NCBI RefSeq assembly: GCF_020745735.1
Contig: NC_083447.1
Coordinates: 11,922,035-11,986,034 of the forward strand
Direction: 5' to 3'
Length of the DNA: 64,000 nucleotides
Source of the DNA: Hemiscyllium ocellatum
Lineage: Eukaryota
In this document: positions 23,900-37,716 of the stretch, piece by piece
Numbering within the stretch: the stretch's first letter is position 1
Layout: every line of letters starts with the position of its first letter
The notes under the pieces: model-generated
What the model was told of the DNA's origin: nothing
Database searches by the model: none
What the model saw: the letters and a program-made list of their open reading frames with translations, nothing else
Made by a program: the position numbers and the translations under genes

Positions 23900-26545
23900 C
23901 CCTACTTGTCAGAAAATCTACATCAGAGCAGTGGGAGTCCTCAAAAAGGAAGTAGCGAGTGTGCAGGATCAACATATTCCTTTAAAGGTGAAAGATGGGA
24001 CCAACAAGTCCAGAAAACCTTGGATGTCAAAGGATTTACAGGATTGGATAAGGAAAGCAATGGGGATGCTCAAGGCAGTGGATACCTGAGAGTATAGCAA
24101 GGGCTTAAAAAAGAAATGAGAGTGAAGAGGAGGCATGAGAAACCAATGCGGGTAAAATAAAGGACATTAGGGACAAGAGGATAACCAGGGGGAAGAGTAG
24201 GACACATTAGGGATCAAATTGGCAATCTGTGTATGGAGCTGGAAGAGATAGGTGAAGCTTTTAATGAGTACATAGCATCTGTATTCCCTACACAGAAGGA
24301 CACTGTCAGTATATATTTCATGGCAAAGTCTGTAATGTACTTGAACAAATTAGCATTGAGTGAAAAGAAGTCTTAGCAATTTTAACAGCTTAAAATTGGG
24401 TAAAACCTCAGGCCTAGATGAGGCAAAGTTAAAAATCACACAACACCAGGTTTTGGTCCAACAGATTTAGTTGGAAGTACAAGCTTGTAGTTTCAATTAA
24501 ACCTGTTGGACTATAACGTGGTGTTGCGTGATTTTTAACTTGGTCCACTCCAGTCGAACACTGGCACCTCCATATTGTGAAAGGCAAAGGCAGGGATTAC
24601 AGTCTAACGTTAATTTTCAAACACTCTCTGGCCAACAGAAAAGGATGACTAATGTGGTATCATTATTCAAGAAGGGTCGTGGGGATAATTTAGGAAACTA
24701 TAGGTCAATGAGTCTAACATCAGTGATAGGGAAATGAGTGAAAACTATTCTGAGGGACAGATTAATCAACACTTGGTGAGGCAAGGATTATTGTGGCTCC
24801 CTGCTCTAGGAAGGAGGTTGTGAAACTTGAAAGGGTTCAGAAAAGATTTACAAGGATGTTGCAAAGGTTAGAGGGTTTGAGCTACAAGGAGAGGCTGAAT
24901 AGGCTGGGGCTGTTTTCCCTGGAGTGTTGGAGGTTGAGGAGTGACCTTACAGAGGTTTATAAAATAATAGGGGCATGGAGAGGGTGAATAGCCAAGGTCT
25001 TTTCCCCAGGTAGGGGAGTCCAAAGCTAGAGGACATAGGTTTAAGGTGAGAGGAGAAAGATTTAAAAGGGACCTAATGGGCAACTTTTTGATGTATGTAT
25101 GGATGCTTTTTGGAATGAGCTGCCAGAGGCGGTGGTGGAGGCTGGTACAATTCTAACATTTAAAAGGCATCTTGGTGGATGTACAAATAGGAAGGGTTTA
25201 AAGGGATATGAGCCAAATGCTGACAAATGAGACTAGATTAATATCTGGTCAGCATGGATGAGTTGGATTGAAGGTTCTGTTTCTGTGCTGTACATCTCCA
25301 TGACTCTATGGTCGTGTGGTAAATGTTGAGGAGGAAAGCCTTAGATTACAGGAAGATACAGTCAGGCTGGTCTGATGGGCTGAACAGTGGTAGATGGCGT
25401 TTAATCCTGAAAAGTATGGAGTATGAATGGTAGGATCCTATGAAGTACAGAGGATCAAAGGGACCTTTTATGTGCATGTCCATAGATCCCTGAAGGTAGA
25501 ACAGGTAGGTAAGGGATGTTTGCCTTTATTAGTCAAGGTATTGAGTACAAGAGCCAAGAGGTTATGATGGAACTGTTGATGATTTTATTTCGACCACTGC
25601 TGGAGTACTATGTGCACGTCTGGTTGTCGTACTATAGGAAGGTTGTGATTGATTTAGAGAAAGGACATAGAGGACTCGACTAAAGTGATTCAGCTTTGAA
25701 GAGAGATTACAAAGGCTGGGGTGTTTTCCTCAGGGCAGAGAAGGCTTAGGGGTCCTATTTGAGGTGCACAAAATTGAAGGGGTATAGATCGTGTAGATTG
25801 GAAGAAACTTTTTCCCTTAGTACAGGGATCAGTAACCAGAGGACATGAATTTGAGGTAAGGGACAAGAAGTTCAGAGGTAATTTATGGAAGAATTTTCTC
25901 AACCAGATGGTGGTGAGTGTCTGGACCTCACTGCCTAAAATGGATAGAGATTGGGTTTTAGATTAGATGAGAAACTTGAAAGGGTTCAGAAAAGATTTAC
26001 AAGGATGTTGCCAGATTTGGAGGATTAGAGCTATAGGGAGAGGCTGAACAGGCTGGGGCTGTTTTCCTGAGGAGTGACCTGATTGAGGTTTACAAAATCA
26101 TGAGGGGCACGGATAGATAAATAGACAAAGTCTTTTCACTGAGGTGGGGGAGTCCAACTAAAGGGCATAGGTTTAGGGTGAGAGGGAAAAGACATAAAAG
26201 AGACCTAAGAGGCAACTTTTTCACACAGAGCATGGTACGAGTATGGAATGAGCCGCCAGAGGAAGCGGTGGAGGCTGGTACAATTACAACATTTAAAAGT
26301 CATCTGGATGGGTGGATGAATAGGAAACTTTGGATGGATATGGGCTGGGTGCTGGCAGGTGGGACAAGATTGGGTTGGGATATCTGGATGGCATGGACGG
26401 GTTGGACCAAAGGGTCTGTTTCCATGCTGTACATCTCTATGACTCTACGGGAACCATCACAACATTTAAAAAGCATTTAGGTGTACACTTGATTTGCCAC
26501 AGCATACAAGACTACAAGCCAAGGGCTAGGAGATGGGGCTAGGGT
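23900..26545 (+). mobile_element. Cluster of decayed and nested CR1 fragments
   Basis: NVVSLFKKG..NYRSMSLTSVIGK and several repeated CR1 3' ends. Confidence 0.8.
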
Positions 26546-26969
26546 ATATGTGTGCCTGGTGACTGGTGTGGACACGAAGGGCTGGAGCTGTCTTTCCATT
26601 CTATATGACTCCAAGTGCTGATAAGTGGTGCAGACAATGATGGGATGAATGGTCCCTTCAATTGCTGTAACACTCTACGACTGTGTGCTTAACGACTGAC
26701 ACAAGCATGATGGGCCAGATGGACTCTTTCTGTGCTGTAACACTCTGTGTCTCTGTGTGCTTGATAATTGGCATGGACATTATGGGCAAAAGGTCCCTTT
26801 CCATGCTGTAATACCACATGCCTCTGTGCACTTGATGACCAGCACAGTCACGATGGGCTGAAGAGCCTCCTTTTGTGCTGGAATATTGACTCTGCGTGGT
26901 TGATGACTGCTGTGGAAGCTATGGGCTGAATGGCCTCTTTTTGGGCTGTAATACCGTTTGTCAAGCATA

Positions 26970-27182
26970 GGCGTCGTCGTTGTCATCCCGCCTGCGCAGT
27001 AGGTGCCGATGATGCGAGTGGGTGGGGCGATCGGTGCGGGTAATCACGTGCGTCCAGCGCGGCAGTTGATTGGTGAAGAGCAGACGGCAGCTACGCCGTA
27101 GTGCGCAGGCGCGGCGTTTGCCCCTCCCCCACCCCCGGCCGTTGGGGTCGAAGCCAGAGGGGAGCGGCGGGACATTGAGAAG
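26970..27182 (+). promoter_or_regulatory. CpG-island promoter and 5' UTR of YIF1B
   Basis: NRF1-like GCCTGCGCA (26990-26998) and TGCGCAGGCGC (27102-27112), E-box CACGTG (27045-27050), inverted CCAAT (27068-27073). Confidence 0.8.
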
Positions 27183-27207
27183 ATGGAGTACAACGGATTT
27201 AGACAGC
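27183..27207 (+). CDS. YIF1B: YIF1B coding exon 1 (MEYNGFRQ)
   Basis: ATG in a CpG island; donor C|GTAAGT in phase 1 matching exon 2; alternative donor after 27216. Confidence 0.8.
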
Positions 27208-27361
27208 GTAAGTTACGTACGTGGCTTCAGTTTCTCTATAAATTCGTTGTTCACGCGACGGCGGAGGCACCAACGAAAGATTTTATTTTCCCCATTTGCG
27301 GAAAATCAGCATTAGGACAGAGACGCAGTAACTGCTGCTTTCCCCCCCCAGGACAGGGGTG

Positions 27362-28343
27362 GGGAATGGGTGATTCCCATAGACACCCCCACACTGAGGG
27401 AGGAATGGGTGATTCCCATAGACACCCCCACACTGAGGGTGGAATGGGTGATTCCCATAGACACCCCCACACTGAGGGTGGAATGGGTGATTCCCATAGA
27501 CACCCCCACACTGAGGGTGGAATGGGTGATTCCCATAGACACCCCCACACTGAGGGTGGAATGGGTGATTCCCATAGACGCCCCCACACTGAGGGTGGAA
27601 TGGGTGATTCCCATAGACGCCCCCACACTGAGGGTGGAATGGGTGATTCCCATAGACGCCCCCACACTGAGGGTGGAATGGGTGATTCCCATAGACGCCC
27701 CCACACTGAGGGTGGAATGGGTGATTCCCATAGACGCCCCCACACTGAGGGTGGAATGGGTGATTCCCATAGACGCCCCCACACTGAGGGTGGAATGGGT
27801 GATCCCCATAGACGCCCCCACACTGAGGGTGGAATGGGTGATCTCCATAGACGCCCCCACACTGAGGGAGCAATGGGTGATCTCCATAGACGCCCCCACA
27901 CTGAGAGAGGAATGGGTGATTCCCATAGACAAACCCCCCCCCCCACACTGAGGGAAGAATGGGTGATCCCCATAGACACCCCCACACTGAGGGTGGAATG
28001 GGTGATCCCCATAGACACCCCCACACTGAGGGAGGAATGGGTGATTCCTATAGACACCCCCCACACTGAGGGAAGAATGGGTGATTCTACAGAAACCCCC
28101 CACACTGAGGGAAGAATGGGTGATTCCCATAGACACCCCCACACTGAGGGAGGAATGGGTCATTCCCATAGACACCCCCACACTGAGGGTGGAATGGGTG
28201 ATTCCCATAGACAACCCCCCCCCACACTGAGGGAGGAATGGGTGATTCCTATAGACCCCCCCCCCACACTGAGGGAGGAATGGGTCATTCCCATAGACAA
28301 CCCCCCCCCCCACACTGAGGGAGGAATGGGTGATTCCCATAGA

Positions 28344-28345
<2 letters not shown>
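27362..28345 (+). repeat. 39-bp VNTR (GGAATGGGTGATTCCCATAGACACCCCCACACTGAGGGT, about 24 units) in YIF1B intron 1
   Basis: Direct tandem units, homogeneous 5' and degenerate 3'. Confidence 0.97.
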
Positions 28346-28374
<29 letters not shown>

Positions 28375-29394
28375 ACACGAATGGGGGATCCCACAGGCAC
28401 CCCCCACACCTGGAGAAGTGGGTGATCCTCTAGACACCTCTACATCTGGACAAGGGGAGGGGGTGGTGGTGGTGTGGAATGGGTGATCCCAGCGATATGC
28501 CTCTCTGGGAACAGACTGCAGACTGAGAGTTGAGATTTCCCACATACACCACCAAAGCTGATGGAGGTTGGACAAAGTGAGAACGCGATAGTCCAGCAAC
28601 TTTTCCATCACACAGGGTGGTTTGTACGTGGCATGAACTGCCAGAGGAAATGATAGGTGCAGGTACAGTTACAATATTTAAAAGACATGGACAGGTACAT
28701 GGAAAGGATATGTTTAGAACGACGTGGTCCAAATGCAGGCAAGTTTAATTTTAGTTTGGGAAACTTGGTCAGCATGGACGAGTTGAACCAACCGGCCTGT
28801 TTCCGTGCTGTATGACTCTCTGACTCGATCTCCGACGGGTCTATGGGTTGGGGGAGGTGATGTTGCAGAACAGAATACCTTGGTGCAAATTTTCAGAGAC
28901 TCGGTGAAGTTGGATGTGCTGGATCCCCGGATTGATGATGAAAATAGGATTGGATAACATTAATTAGATTCTGAACTGGCTGACAAACATGCCAAAAACT
29001 GACAAAGCAATTAATAAGGATGGAAAATTAGTGAAAATCAACACAAAATACAATACTATGTGACTGTATCACTTCATAAAGGAATTGATGAGAATGAAAA
29101 AGTAGCCCTTGGACAAAAAAGCAACCAACATTCCTTTACTGCTGCTCAGTCAAAACCCGGGAACTCCCTCCCTATCAGCTTTCAGTGTCCCTACACCACA
29201 CGGATGCAGTATCTCAAGAAGGGTCTTGCCATCGCCATCTTTAAGACTAATTAACGGGGAGGTGGGGGTGAGAAAATCTTGTGGTCATTTGATCAAGCTC
29301 AGGATGCTGATGAGGAATTGAATTTTGTCCGGAGTATTAAATTGTACTGCTTACCTGCAACAAGGCCAACTTATTCTGTTGCGCTCAATTCCAG

Positions 29395-29621
29395 CTGCCA
29401 AAATGAGAACAAGGGGGCAGATGCACACTACGGGAGACCCCAGTCACCTCTTTGAAGATACCAGTGGGAATCTGGACACTCCGGGACCAGGATACGAGCA
29501 CAGTGGTGCAAGCTACGGCCACTCAAGGCAGGGCATCCTCAGCGACCCCATGATGTCTAACCTGGCAATGGCATACGGCAGCAGTTTGGCAAGTCAGGGG
29601 AAAAACATCGTCGGTCAAAAT
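29395..29621 (+). CDS. YIF1B: YIF1B exon 2
   Basis: ccag|...DPSHLFEDTS...LSDPMMSNLAMAYGSSLASQGKNIVGQN|gtaagc. Confidence 0.93.
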
Positions 29622-31895
29622 GTAAGCATTACGGGTTGGCAGGTCAGAATGAAATATTCTCCACACAACATAGGGGTCTGCCTCTTTACTGAACATGCTG
29701 AATACTGTACATGTCAACATGTCACTGTGAGGCGGCTCAGTGGATAGTACTGCTGCCTCACAGTGCCAGGGACCCGGGTTCAATTCCCGCCCTCGGGTGA
29801 CTGATTTTGCGGAGTTTGCACATTCTCCCTGTATCTGCGTGGGTTTTCTCTGGGTGCTCTGGTTTCCTCCCACAATCCAAAGATGTGCAGGTTATGTGAA
29901 TTGGCCATGGTAAATTGACTATAGTGTTCAGGGATGTGTAGGTTAGGTACATTAGTCAGAGTAAATGTAGAGGAATGGGTTTGGATGGGATACCTTTAGG
30001 GGGTCAGTGTGGCCCTACAGAGCCTGTTTCCACACTGTAGGGATTCTTTGATTCTATGATTACATGGACCTGTGCTGATAACTGACCTCAAGAACAGACC
30101 CTACACCCTGGACCTGGGTTTAACTATTCCCAGTTTGTTGTTGCTTAATTTGGTCATGCCTTCAACTTATGATATTGCACACACAGCTACTAAAATGTCC
30201 CAGCCGACTTCACAACTATCAAACAAGATTGTATATCGAGCTATAATAGATATTATAGTGACCAAATGCTTGATTAGAGATTCGTGGGGGGTCTGAACAA
30301 GGGTCACTCGACCTGATTTTTCTCCACAGATGCTGCCAGACCTGCTAGCTTTTCCAGCAATTTCTGTTTTTGTTTGTGCTTAATTAGAGAGATGTTAAAC
30401 AGCATCTTGAATACCGAGAGAGGAATTAAGACACAAGCAGGTTTAGGCAGGGAATTCCAGAGCCCAGGACCAAGTTAGTCACTGGAAATCAGGTATATGC
30501 AAGAACACAGAATGAGAGGCTTACAGTGCTCTTGGAGTGTTTGGCAAGAGACATTGCAACAATAGGGATGGGTGAAACCATGGAAGGATTTGAAGGCTCG
30601 ACTGAGGATTTTAGGATGAGCTATTTCCAGACTGGTAGCTAATGCAGCTCAGGAAGCAGAAAGTGACAGATGAATGGGACAGTATAAGTTGGAATGTAGG
30701 CAGCAGTGCTTTAGATGAGTTAAAGTTTCCACAATACATGTTGGGTTTAGTTCCACTTCTATCTAGTAAATTCCAGTGATGCTGTGAGTGGACGCGTGTA
30801 ATTGAATACCACTTCTGTAGACTGCCAACTTTTATTTAAAAATCTGGTGAACCTGAGGAAGGGTGAGGGAGAATGAGAGGGAACCAATTGTGCTACAGTT
30901 TAAATGGAGACAGAGATGTTTCAGGATTAACCATTTTTCCATCTTAACGTAAAAGAAATGACTTGCCATTGAGGATTATACTTGAAATCAAAAGTGATCT
31001 ACTGGTTTAAAATTGACATTCTGACAACTGCAGGGACAAAGGGTTTGTGTTAATAGGCCAGACAATGACAGTATTAATTGGAAGTTAGATAGCCAGTCTA
31101 TAGGGAGTTACGTCCTTATCTTGAGATAGTAAGTTCGTAGATTTGTTTCAAGATGCTTCAGGATTGGCCTCAGTCATTTGAAGAACAACAGGAAATCCTT
31201 TCTTGAGATTTCACAACTACACAGCTGCTTTTATTGAGAAGGCTACTGGAAAAGAATGGAAAAGATGAGAAGCTAGAAGTGGTGGAACCCATTAGACACG
31301 CTCCAACAGTGCATCCGTGACAAAATACTATAGTAATATCCTCTGTCAGTAGGAATGCTCCGGTCATTCAGGTGGTAGTGCTTAAAATATAGCTCGATGA
31401 GATTACAGCTCTGGGGCCAGTACTGTTTAGTTTTATTATCCCTCTGTGGAATCCATCCAGGTACAGTGAACAGCAAGAGAGTAACCATGTAACAGAGGGA
31501 GGTTACACCCACGGGAGACCCCAATGTGAGCTACCTAGCATGTTCCATGTCATATCACACCTTGCCACTTACTCACTGGGATATTAAGCTCTTGGTCTGG
31601 AAGAGGACGTAACTATTTGGTGACCCACAGTACAGGGTTAGGTCTGATACCTTAGATCCTGGAGCCTCATTCGCTCTCATCTTTGTCCAGAAACCATTAG
31701 GCTCAAGATCCCAGTTGAGGTATCATTTTAAAGAGGCAATGTGTTCCATTCCTCAGTGGTAGTATTGTACAGTTTGATTTAAAGTTTTTAATATCATTGT
31801 CACCTTTTGTTCTAGATTTTGCAAATAAACCCCTTGTATGGTTCTGATAACCAGGTAGAGCAGGGTGATTGAATCATTTTTGTTGACTTCTGCAG

Positions 31896-32000
31896 ATTGA
31901 CCGATTTATTCCTGTGAGCAAATTGAAATATTATTTTGCTGTGGACACCATTTATGTGGGGAAGAAGCTGGGACTCCTCATCTTTCCCTACATGCACCAG
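31896..32000 (+). CDS. YIF1B: YIF1B exon 3
   Basis: [35 protein letters not shown]; AG/GT flanks. Confidence 0.96.
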
Positions 32001-33465
32001 GTAAGAGAAGGTGGCCTTTCGCTGGTGATTCGGCTTAAAGGACATTCATGGGGAAAGCAATACTCCAGAAAGTTGCACAAGTGACGCCAAGTCCCACAAG
32101 TAAATTAAAGTAAAGGCTAAAAGATAAGTCGTACCTTGAAGCTCACCAGATCATCCCATGGTGATGGGGATTCCTAAATCTTGACCGAGGAGGAGTGAGG
32201 GTTTGTGATGTTGGATTTATCCCTGTGATTTGTGTGAGATGCTGTGAACAGGTTCATGAGCCTGAACATTTCTCCGGTACAGACCTGTAGTACAATCTAG
32301 CCTCATCGCTGAAGAGACATTCTTCTAATATGTGTCCTTCACTCACTCCCCCCCCCCCCCCCCCCCCCCCCCCCATGTTAATTCATCTTGCCCTTGGATA
32401 TCTCATTTAACATTCAGCCAACTGCTGTGATAAACTGGTGGTATTTTACGCCTAGCAGCAGGAAAAGTTGCTGCCAGCGCTGCGTCTTATCAGGTGGCTG
32501 GCGCTCGATAGCCTGGATAGTAAGTGGTCGACAGTGATGTACCTGAACTACGGCAGGGACATCTGAAGAAAGAGAATTTCAGCGTTGTTGCTGTACCATG
32601 GAAGGATAGACATGTGAATGTTCCTCAGTTTCACCACATTCTTGGATCTGGCTCTCATTTGTGTTGAGGGAGTATTCTTGGTGGTGTTCTTTGTACTGGT
32701 AAGGCCTGCCCTAGGTTAGCCATAGTGGGGGGCTGGAGATACCAGTTTGGGAAGGGGACAGAAGAAAAGCTAGAAGGGTGTCAATTTCCCAACAGAGAAA
32801 TTTGCAGGAACAAAGAATGACTGAATTATTTTGAAGCATGAGGAGACGATACAGTCTCTCGAGCCTGTTTCACCATTTGGGATGGTTGACCTGCAACCTA
32901 ACTCCATATACCCATCTTTGCCCCTTATCTTTTAATATCCTTGGATAATGAAAATCTATCAATTGTAGTTTTTAAGTTAATGATTGATCCATCATCCACT
33001 GCTGTTTGCAGAGGAGAGTTCCAAGTACCACTCTGCACATTTAGAAGGGTTTCCAAATTGTGCTTCTGAAAGGTTTGGTTCACATTTCGTTGAGAGAAAT
33101 AGTTTCTCCAAATATACTCCATCTGTTCCCCTTGATATCTCGGATACGTTTGAAATCTTAACTTTCTAAATTCCAAATTATACTTTGTATAATCTCTCCT
33201 CATAATATAGTCCTTGGAGTTCAACTAACATTCTGGGAAATCTACGCAGCTCTTCAAAACCAATACATCCTACTGAAGGTGTACTGTCTGGAATGTTCTC
33301 CATACAGACACTTTTGAAAGTAATGATCTCTGAGCAATGCGAGTAGGCTGGACATCAGTGTACCTCTTCCTGCAGTGAGATAGAGGAAGTTTTTCCTGTT
33401 CAGCTTACAGCGGTTATGCAATGAATGCTATCTAAAAGATTGATGATTAAGCTCTTTGTTGACAG

Positions 33466-33544
33466 AATTGGGAAGTGCGATACCAGCAGGACAGTCCTGT
33501 GGCCCCTCGGGTTGAAGTGAATGCTCCTGATTTGTATATTCCAG
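33466..33544 (+). CDS. YIF1B: YIF1B exon 4
   Basis: [26 protein letters not shown]; AG/GT flanks. Confidence 0.96.
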
Positions 33545-34377
33545 GTAGGGTCACCTCTATGATAATCAGTGCTACCAATAGTATTAATTGTCACTGTGAC
33601 AGACAAACCTACTACTGTGGATTTTACCGATAGTCTTTGTGAATCACTTCCTGATGGTGGACACATTTATTACCTCCTGACCAGTATAAGTAAAGCCTAC
33701 AATAGTGTGAAGCTGCGTTTGTTTTGAACTGTAGATTTTAAAACATTATCCAGCAAAGTTTCCTGAGATTTCCACTTCAGGTCAAATTATAAACAAGCTT
33801 TGGAGTTACAGCTCTTTGTGGGCTGGACACTCTGATATTTTCATGTCTGGCAATATGTCTGCATTAGTTAACTATGTACAATTTTGTAACCGATCTCAGT
33901 CTTCCCACCTCACCCCTCGTGTAGTTTCCAATGGGAGCCATGGAAGGTAACCAGGAGCCTTGGTTGCTTCATTCTCTCTGAGTTTTAATATTTCCATTAT
34001 AAAACGGGCATGAAATCCATTAACATGCCACAAACCAGAAATAGAAAGTGGGTCCCTTTTAATCAGGACAGCTCTGACAGCATATGTGACAGAACATTTC
34101 AAGTATAGTGGTAGTGTCACTGGACCTGTAATCCAGAAGGTCATTGTGATGCTCTGGCGCTGTAGGTTCAAATCCAACCATATTAGCTGGTAAACTGTAA
34201 GTTTACATTAAATCCAATTAACAAATCTAAAATGTGAAGTTAGGCTGATTGCAGGTGATTATTAAGTTGCCAAGCAAGATCATTAAATATTGTTGCTTAA
34301 CTTGCGATAATAATGTTAATTCTGTGCAGGATTGCTATGCTATTCTGTTATGGCCATTTCTCTCTCTCTCTCTCCAG

Positions 34378-34435
34378 CAATGGCGTTCATCACATATTTA
34401 TTGGTAGCTGGGTTTGCTCTTGGAACTCAAAGCAG
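34378..34435 (+). CDS. YIF1B: YIF1B exon 5
   Basis: AMAFITYLLVAGFALGTQSR; (CT)n acceptor and GTGAG donor. Confidence 0.96.
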
Positions 34436-35522
34436 GTGAGAACTCTTTTGTTGGAATATTCACATGATCGCTCAGCGCTTCACCTGCTTTCCATTCTAAC
34501 CAAGAGTAATAGTGGGTATGTTTCACTAGATTGGCCTTTGTGATTCAATATAATTTGTCTTTAATTTTTTTGTAATCAAGGACAGAACATTGGCACTGAA
34601 ACAGAATTTGCTTGCCATAGGTCATCACAAAGTGCTTTTGAATCAATTACAGGTCTTCAGGAGTACCTTTTAATATGGAGAATGCAGCAGCTAATATGTG
34701 CACAGCGAGCCCCTACAACAAGTCAGAGATGACCCATTTCTCGGTGTTGTTAGTTGAGGATGATATGTTGGTCTAGTCACAAGGGGAACCCCCCACCCCC
34801 CAAAAAAAATACTACATAGGTTGTTTTGTGTCCAGCTGAGAGGGCAGTTTAGGTCTTGGTTCCATGGATCATCCTAAAAACAGTACCTTCAACACTACCG
34901 AACTCTATTGGTTCTGCACTGGAACATCAGCTTGAATTCACACAGATGACAGGAGCCAAAATCAAAACAAAAGGTCTGAAGCTTTTTGTACAAGAAATTA
35001 TATGCATATTGTAACGCACAAAGTGGTAAAAAAATTTCAATGCAAGGGGTCAGAGATCATGGTGTTTGTTTGTGCTCTGTGGTGATATGCGTATACCTCT
35101 AGCTGGGTGGAATTGTACAAAAATGGTGAGGTCAATGTAGTTAGACTTATTTCTGAACTCGAGACCTAACAGCCACCTGAACTAGCCAGAATTCTGACTT
35201 GACAGCATATTATCATGGAACCGAATACAAACTTTACAAAACTTCAGTGGTAGGGTAGGGAAGGGATTGGGAGGAAGAGAGAGGTCGAGAAGAAAGCAGG
35301 TGTGGGAGGAGAGGACAATATTTTTATTGAGTTGATTTTGGTGCCTTTTAAAAATAGTGACCCCTGACTCTGAAATCCTTCATTCTTGGACATCCTGATT
35401 TTCACCAGGGCCTTTTAAGAATGCCAACATGGCTTATCTGGCCAGCACTGTTGTGGAGACAGACAATAGCCTACGCCTATGCAGTTTTAATGGTGACGGG
35501 CCAGGTATTTAAAGGCTAGTGG

Positions 35523-36174
35523 TGTTATGGACTAAGCCAGACCACTCAAAACATTCTTAAGCAGACAGCCCAGACCATAACTTTGCAACTTGTTTCGGTA
35601 AGTGTACAGTGAAAATTACCCGGAGTAAGTTAGCGAGATGGAGTACTAGATTTTAAAACAGACAAAAGTTTATTCACAAAATTACACAATGAAACACACA
35701 GAACAGAATAAAGAACCCCCCCCACCCCCAGAACTCAATCTATCCAAACTAAACTTAATTATGCTGTTCTGAATATGCAAAGCAGTCCCATTAAACAAAT
35801 TCCCTTTAAAACCCAGTATAAATGGAACACGCTTACAGGTAGAAGTTGAAGGGCAGAAAGAGAGAGAGTTCCACATAGCTCCCTGTTGAACTTCCAACCA
35901 GTTCAAGACTGAACTAAAACTGCTCAGCTCAGCTAGAGAACTGTCCACTCCCTTTTCTTTATACAGGTCAGTTCGAAAACATGACCACTTTGGTCTGAAA
36001 TCTCATCTGTTTACATATAATAGAAAAGGTTTCTCAAAAGACTTTTCATCTCTGTACCAAACCAGACTGTTCAGAATCCGGCCCGGTTTATTACTCCTCT
36101 GAGAAAAATCAAGGACAGAGTCTCCTGGAGCCAAGGAACAGCTTTTAGAATAAAAAGGAACTAACTTTGTGACA
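35523..36174. mobile_element. Solo LTR (652 bp) in YIF1B intron 5
   Basis: TGTTA...TGACA termini with 4-bp TSD GTGG (35519-35522, 36175-36178). Confidence 0.75.
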
Positions 36175-37560
36175 GTGGTTTGTAACCCAGCAGAGATGTC
36201 CTGAACCAAAAGCTGCCTGAAGGAACATTCTGGAAGTTCAGAAGGTCCTCTTCATATCCCCCATGTGAAGCTATAGCGCTTACATGCCCACTTATCCAAT
36301 ATAACTGCAGAGCAGCAATGAACCCTGGGTGATAGTTGAATTAAGAAAGTGCTGGCAAAACTCAGGACTGGCTGCATCTGTGGAGGGAGAGATAGAGTTA
36401 ACGTTTCAAGTCCAACACATTTCTTCTTTGGAATTTCCCTCCAACCTCAGCAATGAAAATCTCACTTCTCGATCTGGTACTTCCCAAGATGGGTGTGTGA
36501 AGCTGGACCATTTTCCAGCAGTGGTTACCTGTCCCAAGAAACTGCACATTGAATAAAGCAAACAGTTTAAAAGACTTACTGGGTGTAAGAAGCACATATC
36601 CTCTATCTTTCTCCCCCCCCCTCTCTCTCTCTCTCTGTCTCACACCCCTTACTCTTGAGGATTTTATTTTATAGTTACTTCTGGGACATGAGCGTCCTGG
36701 CTGGCCATATTTTATTGCTGACCCTAGTTGCCCTTGACAAGGTAATGATGAGCTACCTTCTTGAACTTCTGTAGGCCGCATGCTATAAGTGACAGTGGCC
36801 AACATCCAGCCTCAATAGAGCACGTGGAGAATGAGGCATTTCTTAGGGCCCTGTCTTGGCAGTTTGTGGGGGACAGAGAGAGAGAGAGAGAGAGAGCAGT
36901 AGATGCCATTCCCCAAGCAGCCATGAATAAATTGGAGAAGCAGCTTTTGATTCTTCCCACCCTAGCTGATCCTCCAGTCAGAGTTGTGCACTGAGTTCCT
37001 GCTGTCACTGAATACAGACCTGTAATTCTTTTAAAATGCAGTTAGGAAGATTGGAATAGTTATTTAAAATGGTGTATTTGCAAGACCCAAATGGCAGAGG
37101 TCTTTCATCTGTGTTGTTGTCTCAGGACTTGGTTATGAGAACTGTTACCCACTTGAGTCAGAGCTGAGGAACTTTCTTTTTCAAGCATTTCTTCTATTTG
37201 TCATTCTTTATTGTGCTTATTCATTTATGTTCATCCTTCCACTCTCAAATAACATGCCGCTAAAGAGCTCAGGGCAAGCATGTTCCAGTTTAATACATCT
37301 CCCTGGAGGGAGGAATCTTGTTGGGAGGTAATTCCGTTTGAGTGGCTGTGATTAACCAAGACTTCAAGCTTATGTTGTCAGTGCCTTACTGAGGGACATC
37401 ACAACAAATAGCCATGGCAACCATATTGAAAAATTGTTCCTAGTTGTCTTCCTTTTAAACAAAATATTGTGATAGTGAGCCCAGGATAGAAATATCCTAC
37501 TGTGGTTTCCAGGTAGGGTAGATGCTTACACCCACCATTCACTAACTTCCCTTCCTGCAG

Positions 37561-37716
37561 GTTCTCTCCAGAGGTTTTGGGGATGCAGGCCAGCTCAGCA
37601 TTAATCTGGTTGATCATTGAGGTGCTTGCTATCCTGCTCAGCCTCTACCTGGTCACGGTGAATACAGACCTAACTACGATTGACCTCATTGCCTTTGCTG
37701 GGTACAAGTATGTCGG
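37561..37716 (+). CDS. YIF1B: YIF1B exon 6
   Basis: [52 protein letters not shown]; the [10 protein letters not shown] segment is YIF1B-type rather than YIF1A-type. Confidence 0.96.

Noticed and set aside
27362-28345. CRISPR-like regular array
   Set aside because: Head-to-tail units with no unique spacers, in a vertebrate intron; it is a VNTR.
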